A stretch of DNA of 64,000 nucleotides from an uncultured delta proteobacterium (GCA_963717045.1 CAVQVD010000010.1:342255-406254); one strand, 5' to 3'; shown: positions 8,524-18,483, counted from the first letter of the stretch. The notes: a model not told the origin generated them from the letters alone. A program made the numbers and translations.

Positions 8524-9644
8524 CACAAAGCCTCGTCCCCGGCCCGAGAGATAAGGCACTCACCGCCCCCGTTCCCCCGCCAGTCGGCGTCAACGGCGGG
8601 GCCGCGGGCGCCAAGTCGAGTCGCAACGCCGAGCCGGAAACTTCCCTGACAAAAAGCGGCCTCGCACGCGAGCATCGTCCGCCTCTTGCCGGGCTCAAGC
8701 TAAGCCGCAAAAACCGTCTGCTGTTCCAATTGATGCGCGCTGCGGTAATGGCCTTCAGCCTGCTGCCTGACTTCATTTTGTATCCGCTCGGAGTGCTCAT
8801 CGGTTATCTCGCGTTCCTGTTCGACCGTCGCCACGTCGCGATCGCGATGGTGAATCTGGCGATCGCGTTTCCAGAGCGCAGCGAACGCGAGCGCCGGCGC
8901 ATCGTGCGTGCCTCCTATATGAACCTGGGCCGCGGCGGCGCCGAGTATGTGCGGCTGGCCGGGTTTTTCCATCGTCGACTGATAGGACGCGTCGCCTATG
9001 AGCGCTTCCAATACTGGGACGAGATCAAGCGCCGCTACCCCGGCCGCGGTATCGTCGTGCTAAGCGCACACTTCGGCAACTTCGAGCTTTTGGCTACCGC
9101 GCACGCGCTTCACGGGCATCAGATAACCCTCATTCATCATACGCAGCGTTTCCTGGCCGGTGACGCGCTGATGACCTGGGTGCGCGAGCGCGCCGGCGTC
9201 GATGTCGTGCGCAAGCGTTCGGCCGCGCGCGCCGTGCTCAAAGCGCTCGGCGATGGCGACATGGTCGGCGTTCCGTTCGATCAGAACGCCAAGCGTGGCG
9301 AGGCGGTTTTCGTGCCGTTCTTCGGCGAGCCGGCGGCGACCTCGCGCACGCTGGCGCGGCTGGTGCAGAAATCGCACGCGATCGTGGTCCCGGTTTTCAT
9401 CGTCCGCGAACCCGGCAACCGCAGCCATCGCATCGTAATCCAGGACCTTATCGCCCTCCAGGAGAGCGCCGACCCAGAGGCCGATATCGAGGAGAACACC
9501 GCGCGCTTCCTGCGCCCAATCGAGGACATGGTGCGGCGCTATCCTGAGCAGTTTTTATGGCAGCATCGGCGCTACCGCACCCGGCCGCGCGGGATGGCGC
9601 CGCTCTACGCGGAAACCCGCCGACATCGCGATTCCCGCCGCTAA
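8520..9644 (+). CDS. lysophospholipid/lipid A-type acyltransferase (LPLAT, LpxL/HtrB superfamily); start uncertain
   Basis: The LPLAT core with HFGNFE...(H-x4-D/E-type) and PFDQNAKRGEAVFVPFFG motifs is present. The GTG at 8520 overlaps the glgC stop. The first ~60 codons are low-complexity, so a later start near 8700-8733 is possible. Confidence 0.65.
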   Translation: MTQSLVPGPRDKALTAPVPPPVGVNGGAAGAKSSRNAEPETSLTKSGLAREHRPPLAGLKLSRKNRLLFQLMRAAVMAFSLLPDFILYPLGVLIGYLAFLFDRRHVAIAMVNLAIAFPERSERERRRIVRASYMNLGRGGAEYVRLAGFFHRRLIGRVAYERFQYWDEIKRRYPGRGIVVLSAHFGNFELLATAHALHGHQITLIHHTQRFLAGDALMTWVRERAGVDVVRKRSAARAVLKALGDGDMVGVPFDQNAKRGEAVFVPFFGEPAATSRTLARLVQKSHAIVVPVFIVREPGNRSHRIVIQDLIALQESADPEADIEENTARFLRPIEDMVRRYPEQFLWQHRRYRTRPRGMAPLYAETRRHRDSRR

Positions 9645-9727
9645 ACGGCGCCGCAGGTGCGTCGCATTGGTTCTCTCCGGAACATCGTCCGCGCGGTAGT
9701 GCTTCTTCCATTGAAATAGAGTAGGGC

Positions 9728-10912
9728 ATGATGATGAACTTTGATTTGTTTGACGGCTCCTGCGCTGCCAGCGTGGTCTCGTCCGTTGCGGCGCTCGATA
9801 GGTCGCCAGACGTATCGTCAGAAACATTTCGGGCAGCGCCGGCCATTTTGGCCGCTGCCACGGCGCTCCCGCCCAACGTGATCGAGCAACAGTCGATTGC
9901 GGCCTTGCTCAAGGCTCTGTGGGGCGAGAAATATGACGACTCGCGCCGCTGGCGTTCGACCTTCGAGCAGATCCAGCGCTCGGTGCGGATCGATCGGCGC
10001 TACCTGGCGCTGCCGGTGAGCGAGTACCCGGCGCTCGACTCGTTCGCCAAGACCAACGCCGCCTGGACGCGTGAGGCTGCCGAGTTGGGTGCGACGGCCG
10101 CCCGCAACGTACTCGAGACGGCTGGGATGACGCCGCACGACGTCGACCATCTCTTCTTCGTCACCGGCACCGGGATCGCGACGCCAAGCCTCGACGCGCG
10201 AATCGTCAACCGCCTCGGGATGCGTCCGGACATCCGGCGCACGCCGATTTTCGGCCTGGGATGCGCCGGTGGAGTGGCTGGGGTCATCCGCGCCGCAGAC
10301 GTGCTCCGCGGCTTCCCGGACCAGGTCGCGATGGTCGTGTCGGCGGAGCTTTGCTCGCTTACTTTGCAACGCAACGACGATTCGGTCGCCAACATCATCG
10401 CCTCGGCGCTTTTCGGTGACGGCGCGGCGGCGGTGTTGCTGGGCGGCGCGCGGATAGCCAATCGCGGGGCTGGAGCGATTCCCCGGATCATCGCGACGCG
10501 CTCGGTTTTCTATCCCGATAGCGAACGAATGATGGGATGGGATGTGGTGGATAGCGGATTCAAGATAGTGCTTTCGGCCGCGATTCCCGACCTGGTGCGG
10601 GAGCACCTGGGCGACGACGTTGACGCGATTCTTGCCGGGCAGGGCCTTGCGCGATCGGCGATTAGCCATTGGATCGCGCACACCGGCGGCAACCGCGTGC
10701 TCGAGGCGATCGCCTCGGCGCTGGATCTTCCAGCGGGCGCGCTCGACCGTTCATGGCGGCTGCTCGCTGCGACCGGCAACCTGTCTTCGGCCTCGGTGCT
10801 GTTCGTGCTGCACGATCTGCTCGCGTCGTGCGCCGCCTCCTCCGGCGACTACGGACTGATGCTCGCGATGGGTCCGGGATTCTGCGCGGAGCTGGCACTG
10901 CTCCGATGGTGA
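9728..10912 (+). CDS. type III polyketide synthase (chalcone/stilbene synthase family)
   Basis: 394 aa. PAILAAATALPPNV, the catalytic-Cys context GLGCAGGV, and a C-terminal GFGPG-like motif (AMGPGFCAELALLRW) are present. There is a 35-aa N-terminal extension. Confidence 0.85.
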   Translation: MMMNFDLFDGSCAASVVSSVAALDRSPDVSSETFRAAPAILAAATALPPNVIEQQSIAALLKALWGEKYDDSRRWRSTFEQIQRSVRIDRRYLALPVSEYPALDSFAKTNAAWTREAAELGATAARNVLETAGMTPHDVDHLFFVTGTGIATPSLDARIVNRLGMRPDIRRTPIFGLGCAGGVAGVIRAADVLRGFPDQVAMVVSAELCSLTLQRNDDSVANIIASALFGDGAAAVLLGGARIANRGAGAIPRIIATRSVFYPDSERMMGWDVVDSGFKIVLSAAIPDLVREHLGDDVDAILAGQGLARSAISHWIAHTGGNRVLEAIASALDLPAGALDRSWRLLAATGNLSSASVLFVLHDLLASCAASSGDYGLMLAMGPGFCAELALLRW

Positions 10913-11523
10913 TTTCGCTCGGCGCATATCTGACGATCCTGGCAGCGCTCGCAGCCGAGCGGATGTTCCATCTTGCGCTCGCTGCGCGCAACGCGCGCCG
11001 CGCATTCGCGAGCGGTGCGGTCGAGCACGGGCAGAGCCACTACCCGGCGATGGCTGCGTTCCACGCCCTCTTCCTGCTCTCGGCCGCGGCCGAGGCAATC
11101 GTGCTTCAGCGCCCGTTTCCGGGAACGCTTGGATGGACCGCGCTTGGCGGCGCGCTCGGCGCGCAGGCGCTCCGTTACTGGTCCGTCGCGAGCCTCGGCT
11201 CCCGCTGGAATACGCGGATAATCGTGTTTCCCGGGATGCCGCCGGTGAAACGTGGGCCGTACCGCTTCATGCGCCATCCAAACTATCTCGCGGTGATCGT
11301 CGAGATTGCGTGCGTGCCGATGATCCGCGGATGCTGGATGACCGCGGTCGTGTTTTCGATTGGCAATGCGGTGCTGTTGCGAGTGCGAATTCGCGCCGAA
11401 GAAGCCGCGATGGGTCCGCGCTACGCGTCCGAGTTCGCAGACCGGCTGCGGCTGATTCCAAAACCTCCGCTCCGTCCCCCGCGCCTGGAATCTGATCGCG
11501 CCGCACAGCGCACCACCGTCTGA
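10906..11523 (+). CDS. isoprenylcysteine carboxyl methyltransferase (ICMT)-family membrane O-methyltransferase
   Basis: 205 aa. The ATG overlaps the PKS stop (ATGGTGA). The ICMT/PEMT signature RHPNYLAVIVE...MIRGCWMTAVVFSIGNAVLLRVRIRAEE is present. The arrangement resembles SrsB next to SrsA. Confidence 0.75.
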   Translation: MVISLGAYLTILAALAAERMFHLALAARNARRAFASGAVEHGQSHYPAMAAFHALFLLSAAAEAIVLQRPFPGTLGWTALGGALGAQALRYWSVASLGSRWNTRIIVFPGMPPVKRGPYRFMRHPNYLAVIVEIACVPMIRGCWMTAVVFSIGNAVLLRVRIRAEEAAMGPRYASEFADRLRLIPKPPLRPPRLESDRAAQRTTV

Positions 11524-11650
11524 ACACGCCTCGCCGAAGCGGAGCGTGGCACCGGCTCTCGCAATGCGGTTGAATCGCGATAGACTGGGCGGCCAACGTT
11601 CCGCGCGGAAGCCCGGACGCTTCCCGCCATAACCATCGAGGCTTTTTAAA

Positions 11651-12067
11651 ATGAGCAAGACTTTCGAGAAACATGGAATCACGGCCGAGTTCGCTAACGA
11701 GTTGATCGACGCGGCCGTCGCAAAAGCCAGGGAACTCAAGGTTCCGCAGTGCGTCGCCGTGGTCGATGACGGCGGAAATCTGAAAGCATTCGTCCGTATG
11801 GACGGAGCGCCGCTCATTCCGATCGAGATCGCACAAAGCAAGGCCTACACCGCGCTGTTCGGCTTTCCGACCCACGAGTTTTTCAACTTCATCAAGGGCG
11901 ACCCTTCGCTGGTCGCAGGTATCGCTTCACGCCCGCGCGTCGCGGCTTTCGGCGGTGGTTACCCGATCAAAGTCGAGGGTCAAATAGTCGGAGCAATAGG
12001 CGTCAGCGGGGGGACGGTCGAACAGGACATGCAATGCGCCGAGGCGGCCTTGAAGCTCATACAGTAA
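11651..12067 (+). CDS. GlcG/HbpS-like (DUF336) heme-binding protein
   Basis: 138 aa. The ...GGNLKAFVRMDGAP...GAIGVSGGTVEQDM pattern is typical of DUF336. Confidence 0.7.
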   Translation: MSKTFEKHGITAEFANELIDAAVAKARELKVPQCVAVVDDGGNLKAFVRMDGAPLIPIEIAQSKAYTALFGFPTHEFFNFIKGDPSLVAGIASRPRVAAFGGGYPIKVEGQIVGAIGVSGGTVEQDMQCAEAALKLIQ

Positions 12068-12093
12068 TTATTGAAGCAGATTGCGAATACGGC

Positions 12094-12122
12094 GGAGCGC
12101 ATCGCGAGAGGCGATGCGCTCC
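12094..12122. terminator. perfect 12-bp inverted repeat hairpin between convergent genes
   Basis: ggagcgcatcgc-gagag-gcgatgcgctcc lies between the GlcG-like gene (+) and the FecR-like gene (-). There is no clear U-tract. Confidence 0.35.
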
Positions 12123-12224
12123 GTCCAAACCTTAGGCCTTAATCTTTGTGCACGCGCAGTGTAGCCCTGAGTGTATCGACTTGACGCGCGGCGCCCTGCG
12201 AGTCTCGGTCTCTTTCTATCTTGA

Positions 12225-12707
12225 TTAGGGATTCACAGGCGGCGGCTGACCCTCGTGATACGCCACGTCGAACATCGTGCCGCGAGCGGAGGCGACCGCG
12301 TTAGGAGTGTGAACTTCGAAGTTTGGAGCGCCGGACGGACTAAAGTGAACCAGTGAGCGCACCAATCCGCTCAGCAGAGTCACCTTGGTACTGGCGCGCG
12401 ACCCGTCGGGGTTAAGGGTATCTTGCGTCAGCACAAGAGTGCTCGACTCGTTGAGTTCCAACTGGCTGCCGTCACTGAGTTTGATAGTGACCCGGCTGTT
12501 CGGCCCGGTCGTGAACTTGTCTCCGACCTGAACGCCAGAGCCGTTGGCGGCGGGAATCGACTTGCCAGCCCGCTCGAGGCTGGCAGTGCCGGTGACCTCG
12601 CTGATCGCGCCGGCAGGGGTCTGTGCCCAAGCATGAGGCACCGAAACCAGTAAAACGGCCGCAAAGAAGCTTGCCGACGCCACTATTTGCGTAATTACCT
12701 TCGACAT
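12225..12707 (-). CDS. secreted FecR-domain protein
   Basis: 160 aa with an N-terminal signal peptide. The VQVGDKFTTGPNSRVTIKLSDGSQLEL pattern is FecR-like. Confidence 0.55.
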   Translation of the reverse strand: MSKVITQIVASASFFAAVLLVSVPHAWAQTPAGAISEVTGTASLERAGKSIPAANGSGVQVGDKFTTGPNSRVTIKLSDGSQLELNESSTLVLTQDTLNPDGSRASTKVTLLSGLVRSLVHFSPSGAPNFEVHTPNAVASARGTMFDVAYHEGQPPPVNP

Positions 12708-12807
12708 GCTTTGAGCCTACATTTATTCTTATAACGTGTCTACACATCCGTCCCAAGCAAGCAAAGTCCTAAACTGTCCCAGGCTGCGTGTGTTGTAGGA
12801 AAGCGGC

Positions 12808-13707
12808 CTATGAGGCGGAGCGGCCGGTGAGTCGCGGCACGAGGGCCAGGATGACCAGTGCTATCAACCAGGCCGCCGTGCCGCTGATGATCGGCGGCCG
12901 TCCATAGCCGGCAATCCATGGCGATGGCGAAGCGCCGGGTGTATCGCCAAAGGGCCATAGCTTTGCGCCGACCACCAAGCCGGCATGCAGTCCCATCGAA
13001 AAATAGACGTTGCCGGTCACCAGGAAAGCCTCGCCCAGCGCCAGGCCGAGCAGGAATAATCCGACCAGCGCCGGCAACGCGGCCGCGGGATGGGTCAGTT
13101 GTGCGAGGCTCGCGTAAAGATTGTGAAAGCCGGCGGTTGCGTCGTAGCTTGTCAGATAAAATCGCGCGGGTGAGCGCACCAGGTGCGCCAGCGCATACAC
13201 CACAGAGCTAAGCACCAGCGCGCCGGTGCGCCCGAAGTCCTCGATTATCCCGCCCAGCAAAAAGGCGCGAAAGAATCCTTCCTCGATTAGTGCGATCAGG
13301 ATTGCCCCGGCGACGTACTTGGGCGCGCGCGCCAATGCCTCGCCGACTCGCATCTCAACGCGGCCGCCGAATGCCGCGCCGAGTGCGAGCAGAATCGCGA
13401 TCACCACCGCCGCGACCAGCAATCCGCGGACAAGCGCTCCCAGATTATCCAGCGGACGGGCGAAGCCACGCCGCAACAGACGCGCGACTCCCAGTTGACG
13501 CGCCCACAGCGTCAGCATCAGCGCCAGCGTGACCATCACCGTGCGGTCGAAAATGCGCGGGAAGGGAAAATGATAGCCGGCGCGGGCGAGCGCGATTGCG
13601 GCGAACGGCGCGATGAGCGCGGCTGCGGCGGCTGCTAGCAAAAGGGCGATCGTTACTCTCAGCGTGAAGGGCATTTTGCTATGCGTCGGCGTTCGGCTGG
13701 TGCACAA
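12808..13707 (-). CDS. CPBP family intramembrane metalloprotease (CAAX protease/Abi)
   Basis: 299 aa and polytopic. The IEEGFFRAFLLG (EExxxR) and HL motifs are present. Confidence 0.7.
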   Translation of the reverse strand: MCTSRTPTHSKMPFTLRVTIALLLAAAAAALIAPFAAIALARAGYHFPFPRIFDRTVMVTLALMLTLWARQLGVARLLRRGFARPLDNLGALVRGLLVAAVVIAILLALGAAFGGRVEMRVGEALARAPKYVAGAILIALIEEGFFRAFLLGGIIEDFGRTGALVLSSVVYALAHLVRSPARFYLTSYDATAGFHNLYASLAQLTHPAAALPALVGLFLLGLALGEAFLVTGNVYFSMGLHAGLVVGAKLWPFGDTPGASPSPWIAGYGRPPIISGTAAWLIALVILALVPRLTGRSAS

Positions 13708-13856
13708 CGCCCACGAGCGTTAACGGTTGCAAGGCCGCCATGCAAGCGGCGATTATCATGCAATCGTTTTGGGTTAGTTTGACGGATCACACCTGCAAAC
13801 AGATGTCCGCGAATGATCGCGCGAGCAGGAATCGCTGACCGGACAGGAGGCCTCGT

Positions 13857-14636
13857 ATGGATCTGGGACTTAAGGGCAGGGTCGCCGTGGTAACCGGCGC
13901 CAGCATGGGGATTGGCGAGGCGACCGCGATCGAACTTGCGGGCGAGGGATGCGACCTCGCGATCTGCGCTCGCCACACCGATCAACTGGCCAAAGTGCGT
14001 GACGAGATCGCAGGCAGGGGCGTCCGATGCGTTGTCGCGCAATGCGATATCCGCAAGCCCGACGAGATAGCGGCCTTGATGAACGAGGTCGACCGTGCTT
14101 ACGGCCGACTCGACATCCTGGTGAACAATGCCGGTGCCGCTACGCATGGCACTTTCGCATCGCTGAGCGACGAGCAGTTGATCGCGGATTACGAGGTGAA
14201 GATTCTTGGGCAACTGCGATGCACGCGCGCGGCATTGTCGCTGCTGGAGAAGAGCCCGGCGCCCCGGGTGATCAACGTCAACGCGATTGCGGGTCGAGTG
14301 GTAATGCCGGGGCTATTCGCCACCGCGACACATCGCGCGTCATGTTACGCGCTCAACAAGGCGCTCGCCTGGGAATTAGCGGACCGGAAAATCCTGGTGA
14401 ACTCGGTCAATATCGGGCTGGTGCACACCAATCAGATCGAACGTGCGCACGCGCGCCGCGCGCCCGACGTCCCGCTGGAGAAGTTCATGGCGCAGGCGGC
14501 GCAGATCGTGCCGCTCAAACGCTTCGGCGAGCCGCACGAGGTTTCCGGCCTCATCGCGTTTCTGGCTTCCGACCGCGCAAGCTTCATCACCGGCGCGTCG
14601 ATCGATGTGGGAGGCGGGCAGGGCGCGCACGTCTGA
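13857..14636 (+). CDS. SDR family oxidoreductase
   Basis: VAVVTGASMGIGEA is the Rossmann motif, and NNAG and YxxxK-like elements are present. Confidence 0.8.
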   Translation: MDLGLKGRVAVVTGASMGIGEATAIELAGEGCDLAICARHTDQLAKVRDEIAGRGVRCVVAQCDIRKPDEIAALMNEVDRAYGRLDILVNNAGAATHGTFASLSDEQLIADYEVKILGQLRCTRAALSLLEKSPAPRVINVNAIAGRVVMPGLFATATHRASCYALNKALAWELADRKILVNSVNIGLVHTNQIERAHARRAPDVPLEKFMAQAAQIVPLKRFGEPHEVSGLIAFLASDRASFITGASIDVGGGQGAHV

Positions 14637-14645
14637 GAGACTCCA

Positions 14646-16112
14646 TCAACGAGACTGAGGACGTATGTAAAGAACCCTGTTCGCGCCGTACCTGTAATGA
14701 ATCGGAAACGTTTGCTCCAGCCAGCCGGCAAATCCCGGCAGACGCTCGAGCCGGCCGCTCCATAGCAATACCGCTTTCACTCGATAGCGCTCGATTTCGT
14801 TTTTTACTTCGGCAGTGGACAGATAGTGGTTGTCGATACGTTTCAGTGAGGTGTCAGCCAGCCACGCCGGTACCTTGCGACCGGACCAGAACGCAATTCC
14901 TTGCGCGTCGGTCACGATGAAATCGGCCTTATCGGTCAGCCGCGCCAAATCAGCGGCAACCATGAGATCCGCGGTTGGTGGATGAGGGAACGCCAACAGC
15001 CATTGCTCTCCGGCACGACCAGCAAGACCGCCGCGGCAGGCCATCGTGAAAAGAATCAGGGCAGCAACCATCGGTGCAAGGGTCACAACCTGTCCGTAGA
15101 TGCCTGCGCCCGCGCTCGCTGCAGTGACTTGCCGTCGTCTGCCCAGCTTCCACAAGGCGCTAATGGCGATTCCTGCCGACAGCGCGATCGGCGGAATAAG
15201 ACTGACCACATGATGAGTGAACAGCGGCTGCTGGACAATCAAAGCGACCAGCGTCAGCGCGAGCCAGCTGAGCGCAGCCCATCCGCTCCAGGGCTCCAGG
15301 ACAGCGCAAGCGGCAAGCACCAGTGCGGAGAACATTATGGGATCTCGACCCAGCGTCGCTACTATCAAGTCCCAGTTGCGGGCCGGGCTGGAGCTGGCCT
15401 GCGAGGTCAGATGAAACGCCACCACTTGTGTCCAAACCTCGTGCGGCCCGTACGTCAACGCCAGCGCCGCGACAACTCCAAATATGATTCCAAGGACCAG
15501 CAAAGTGTCGGCCGCGATGCACCAGAGCCTTTGTCGTAGCTGACCCGCCGACCGCCATCGCTCAGCCGCAATTACCAAAGTGGGCGCAATGGCGTAGAGC
15601 TCAAACAGCTTGACCTGCAATCCGAGGGCGAGTACCAGAGCTGCCGCGCCTAGCCACAGACGCTTGCCGCTCGATCGGTATTGCGTTGCCAGCACGAACG
15701 CCACGGCCGCAAAAGCCGCGGCGGGCAGTTCGCCGGTGATCTCGCGGGCCCAATAGAACGCCAGCGGCGACAACAGGAGTGTCATGCATGCGAAGACCGC
15801 TCCCAGCCATACACCGCCGTCGAGCACGACGGTGCCCACCGCAACGGTCGTGATCACCAGCGCGGTCACGGTGAGCAGTTGAGCGGCGCGCACGTTTTGA
15901 CCGAAAACTGTGAAGGAGCAGCGGATTAGTTCCAGCCACACGGGCGGCTGCGAAACGAAAATTTCCCGATACGGTGCGTAACCGGCAGCCGCCATCCGAG
16001 CCGATTCCAGGTACACGCCGCCATCGTAGAAATCGCTGTACTGGCCAAGATTCCGATAGGCGGGCGCGGCCATCACCACGACCACCACCAGGAATCCTGC
16101 CACGCGCAACAT
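14646..16112 (-). CDS. GT-C fold membrane glycosyltransferase (family 39/ArnT/PMT-like)
   Basis: About 490 aa with at least 10 TM helices in the N-terminal two-thirds and a soluble C-terminal domain. The start is probably M44 of the 531-aa ORF. Confidence 0.5.
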   Translation of the reverse strand: MLRVAGFLVVVVVMAAPAYRNLGQYSDFYDGGVYLESARMAAAGYAPYREIFVSQPPVWLELIRCSFTVFGQNVRAAQLLTVTALVITTVAVGTVVLDGGVWLGAVFACMTLLLSPLAFYWAREITGELPAAAFAAVAFVLATQYRSSGKRLWLGAAALVLALGLQVKLFELYAIAPTLVIAAERWRSAGQLRQRLWCIAADTLLVLGIIFGVVAALALTYGPHEVWTQVVAFHLTSQASSSPARNWDLIVATLGRDPIMFSALVLAACAVLEPWSGWAALSWLALTLVALIVQQPLFTHHVVSLIPPIALSAGIAISALWKLGRRRQVTAASAGAGIYGQVVTLAPMVAALILFTMACRGGLAGRAGEQWLLAFPHPPTADLMVAADLARLTDKADFIVTDAQGIAFWSGRKVPAWLADTSLKRIDNHYLSTAEVKNEIERYRVKAVLLWSGRLERLPGFAGWLEQTFPIHYRYGANRVLYIRPQSR

Positions 16113-16265
16113 CCGGTGTTCGAGATATCGCCTCAACGGAAGGACGGGTGCCTTTAGCAATTTCGCTTCTAGCGATCTTCTTATTTGACTTGGAGGTAAC
16201 GCCGCTTGCGAAGATATCCTGAGACTGACCCCGCAAGGCAATGACAGTGGGTTGGCGAATCGGCG

Positions 16266-16997
16266 CTATCGCGCGTGCTCGGGGTTGCGTTGCGGCTCGA
16301 GCACGATTTCCACCGGACAGGCGCGCAGCGGCGCGCGCAGCACCGTCATTACAGCCTCCGCCACGTCTTCGGCGGCGAGCATCAATGCGCGGTCGAGACG
16401 TTTGTTGGACGGGATGAGGGCGGTATCGACCAGGCCCGGGATTATCACTGCTGACTTGACGCCGCTAGAGCGGAGCTCCGCGAAGGCGGTGCGGCTGAAC
16501 GCGACCAGCCCCGCCTTGGCCGCCGCGTAGACCGCCTCACCAGGCGGCGTGGCGCGTGCCGCCGCCGAAGCAATATTGACGATCGCTCCGCCGCCGTTCT
16601 TGACCATCCGCGCCGCGGCCAGGCGCGCGAGCGCGATCGGAGCGCGCAGGTTCACGGCCAAAATGCGGTCCTGCGTCGCTTCGCTAGTCTTGAGCAGCGG
16701 TGTGCGCGGCGGAGCCCATCCCGCGTTATTCACCAGCACGTCGATTTGGCCGAAATGCCCGAGTGCCGCGTCGAACAGATCCTGCGGACTCTCATCGCCG
16801 GCCAGATCGATCAACACGATTAACGATCGTGCCGGCTCGAGGCCCGACAGCCGCCGCGTTTCTTCCAGTTCCTCGAAGCTGCGCGCGGCGAGGCATAGCG
16901 CATAACCTTCGCGCGCGAGCGCCAGTGCCGTGGCGCGGCCGATTCCGCGTCCGGCGCCGGTCACCAGTGCGACGCGTTGCGATTTTTGCCCTGCCAT
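16266..16997 (-). CDS. SDR family oxidoreductase
   Basis: The internal start MAGQKSQRVALVTGAGRGIGRATA is used. The upstream 57 codons of the ORF are treated as spurious. Confidence 0.75.
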   Translation of the reverse strand: MAGQKSQRVALVTGAGRGIGRATALALAREGYALCLAARSFEELEETRRLSGLEPARSLIVLIDLAGDESPQDLFDAALGHFGQIDVLVNNAGWAPPRTPLLKTSEATQDRILAVNLRAPIALARLAAARMVKNGGGAIVNIASAAARATPPGEAVYAAAKAGLVAFSRTAFAELRSSGVKSAVIIPGLVDTALIPSNKRLDRALMLAAEDVAEAVMTVLRAPLRACPVEIVLEPQRNPEHAR

Positions 16998-17127
16998 TCC
17001 GTATGCGGCGGCGGCGCCGTCGAAAACGCAGCTTGCACGATCATGCGTACTTCCACAAACTGTGGTGGACGCGGCCGCGGACCGGCTCCGTGAGTCGGTG
17101 GGGCGCGTTGGGAGGCAGGCGGCAACG

Positions 17128-18483
17128 ATGAATGCGCAAGTTTTCCGCGAGTACGATATTCGCGGCATTGTCGAGCAGGATTTCGACGACGACTTCGTCG
17201 TAAGCCTCGGACGCGCCTACGCAACGATGCTCAAGCGCGCCGACAAAGCCACCATCACCCTCGGCCGCGACTGTCGGCTGTCTTCGGACCGGCTCTTCGG
17301 ATTGCTCAGCGACGGACTGCTGCAAAGCGGCATCAACGTGGTCGATATCGGCGTGGTGCCAACGCCGTTGCTGTATTTTTCGGTGATTCACTGGCGGATG
17401 GATGGCGGCGCGATGATCACCGGCAGCCATAACGCGGCGGAGTACAACGGCTTCAAGCTCGGCGTAGGTCCTTCGACAATTTACGGCGACGAGATCCAGG
17501 AGATCCGCCGCATCATCGAGCGCAAGGATTTTCCCGCTGCCGGCGGCCGCGGAACGCTCAGCACGCGGACGGTGCATGGCGACTACAACGACTTCATCAA
17601 GCGGACCATCACGATCCGCCCGGGGCTCAAGGTCGCGGTCGATGGCGGCAATGGATGCGGCGGGGTGGTCGCGGCGCCGCTGATGCGGGAGTTTGGCCTC
17701 GAAACGGTCGAGCTTTTCATCGAGATGGACGGCCGCTTTCCCAACCATCATCCGGACCCCACGGTCGAGGAGAACATGCGCGACCTCATCGGCGCGGTGA
17801 AGAGCAGCGGCGCGCGCATCGGAATTGCCTACGATGGCGACGCCGACCGGGTCGGCGCGGTCGACGAGAACGGCCGAATCGTGTGGGGCGACGAGCTGAT
17901 GGTGGTGTTCTCGCGCGCGATTTTACGGGAACGCCCAGGTGCGGCGATTATCGGCGACGTCAAGTGCTCCAACCGCATGTACGACGATATTACGGCTCAT
18001 GGCGGCCGCGCGATCATGTGGAAGACCGGCCATTCGCTGATCAAGAGCAAGCTCAAGGAGGAACACGCCGCGCTCGCCGGAGAGATGAGCGGGCACATGT
18101 TTTTCGCCGACCGCTACTACGGATTCGACGACGCCATCTACGCCTCCTTCCGGCTGCTCGAGATCGTCAGCCGTGAACGTCGCGGCCTGGCCCAAATTCT
18201 CGCCGACCTGCCCAAGAGCAGCTTCACTCCCGAGATTCGTCTCGATTGCCCCGACGAGCGCAAGTTCGACGTGGTGCGCAAGGCCGCTGAGTATTTTCGT
18301 GGCCACTACGAGGTGATCGAAATCGACGGGGTGCGGGTCAAATTGCCCGGCGGATGGGGCCTGGTCCGCGCCTCGAATACGCAGCCGGCGCTGGTGATGC
18401 GCTTCGAGGCAGGCGACGAAAAAAACCTGGGTGAAATTCGGACGCTGTTCGAGAGCAAACTGAAAGAACTGGGCGCGATGTGA
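17128..18483 (+). CDS. phosphomannomutase/phosphoglucomutase
   Basis: 451 aa starting from an ATG with a GGAGG RBS. The active-site motif TGSHNAAEYNGFK and GEMSGH are present. Confidence 0.85.
   Translation: MNAQVFREYDIRGIVEQDFDDDFVVSLGRAYATMLKRADKATITLGRDCRLSSDRLFGLLSDGLLQSGINVVDIGVVPTPLLYFSVIHWRMDGGAMITGSHNAAEYNGFKLGVGPSTIYGDEIQEIRRIIERKDFPAAGGRGTLSTRTVHGDYNDFIKRTITIRPGLKVAVDGGNGCGGVVAAPLMREFGLETVELFIEMDGRFPNHHPDPTVEENMRDLIGAVKSSGARIGIAYDGDADRVGAVDENGRIVWGDELMVVFSRAILRERPGAAIIGDVKCSNRMYDDITAHGGRAIMWKTGHSLIKSKLKEEHAALAGEMSGHMFFADRYYGFDDAIYASFRLLEIVSRERRGLAQILADLPKSSFTPEIRLDCPDERKFDVVRKAAEYFRGHYEVIEIDGVRVKLPGGWGLVRASNTQPALVMRFEAGDEKNLGEIRTLFESKLKELGAM

Noticed and set aside
10669-10905. N-terminal 79 codons of the ORF containing the ICMT methyltransferase
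   Set aside because: This stretch overlaps the 3' end of the type III PKS in another frame. The ATG at 10906 within ATGGTGA gives a protein of the canonical ICMT length.
14027-16236. Long off-frame ORFs 14027..14920 (+), 14901..15539 (+) and 15601..16236 (-) over the SDR and glycosyltransferase genes
   Set aside because: These are Arg-rich nonsense translations overlapping genes with clear family features on the other frame or strand.
16998-17168. 57-codon N-terminal extension of the SDR ORF (16266..17168) and 66-codon extension of the PMM ORF (16930..17127)
   Set aside because: The extensions overlap each other on opposite strands. Internal ATGs (16997 minus, 17128 plus with GGAGG RBS) give canonical N-termini.
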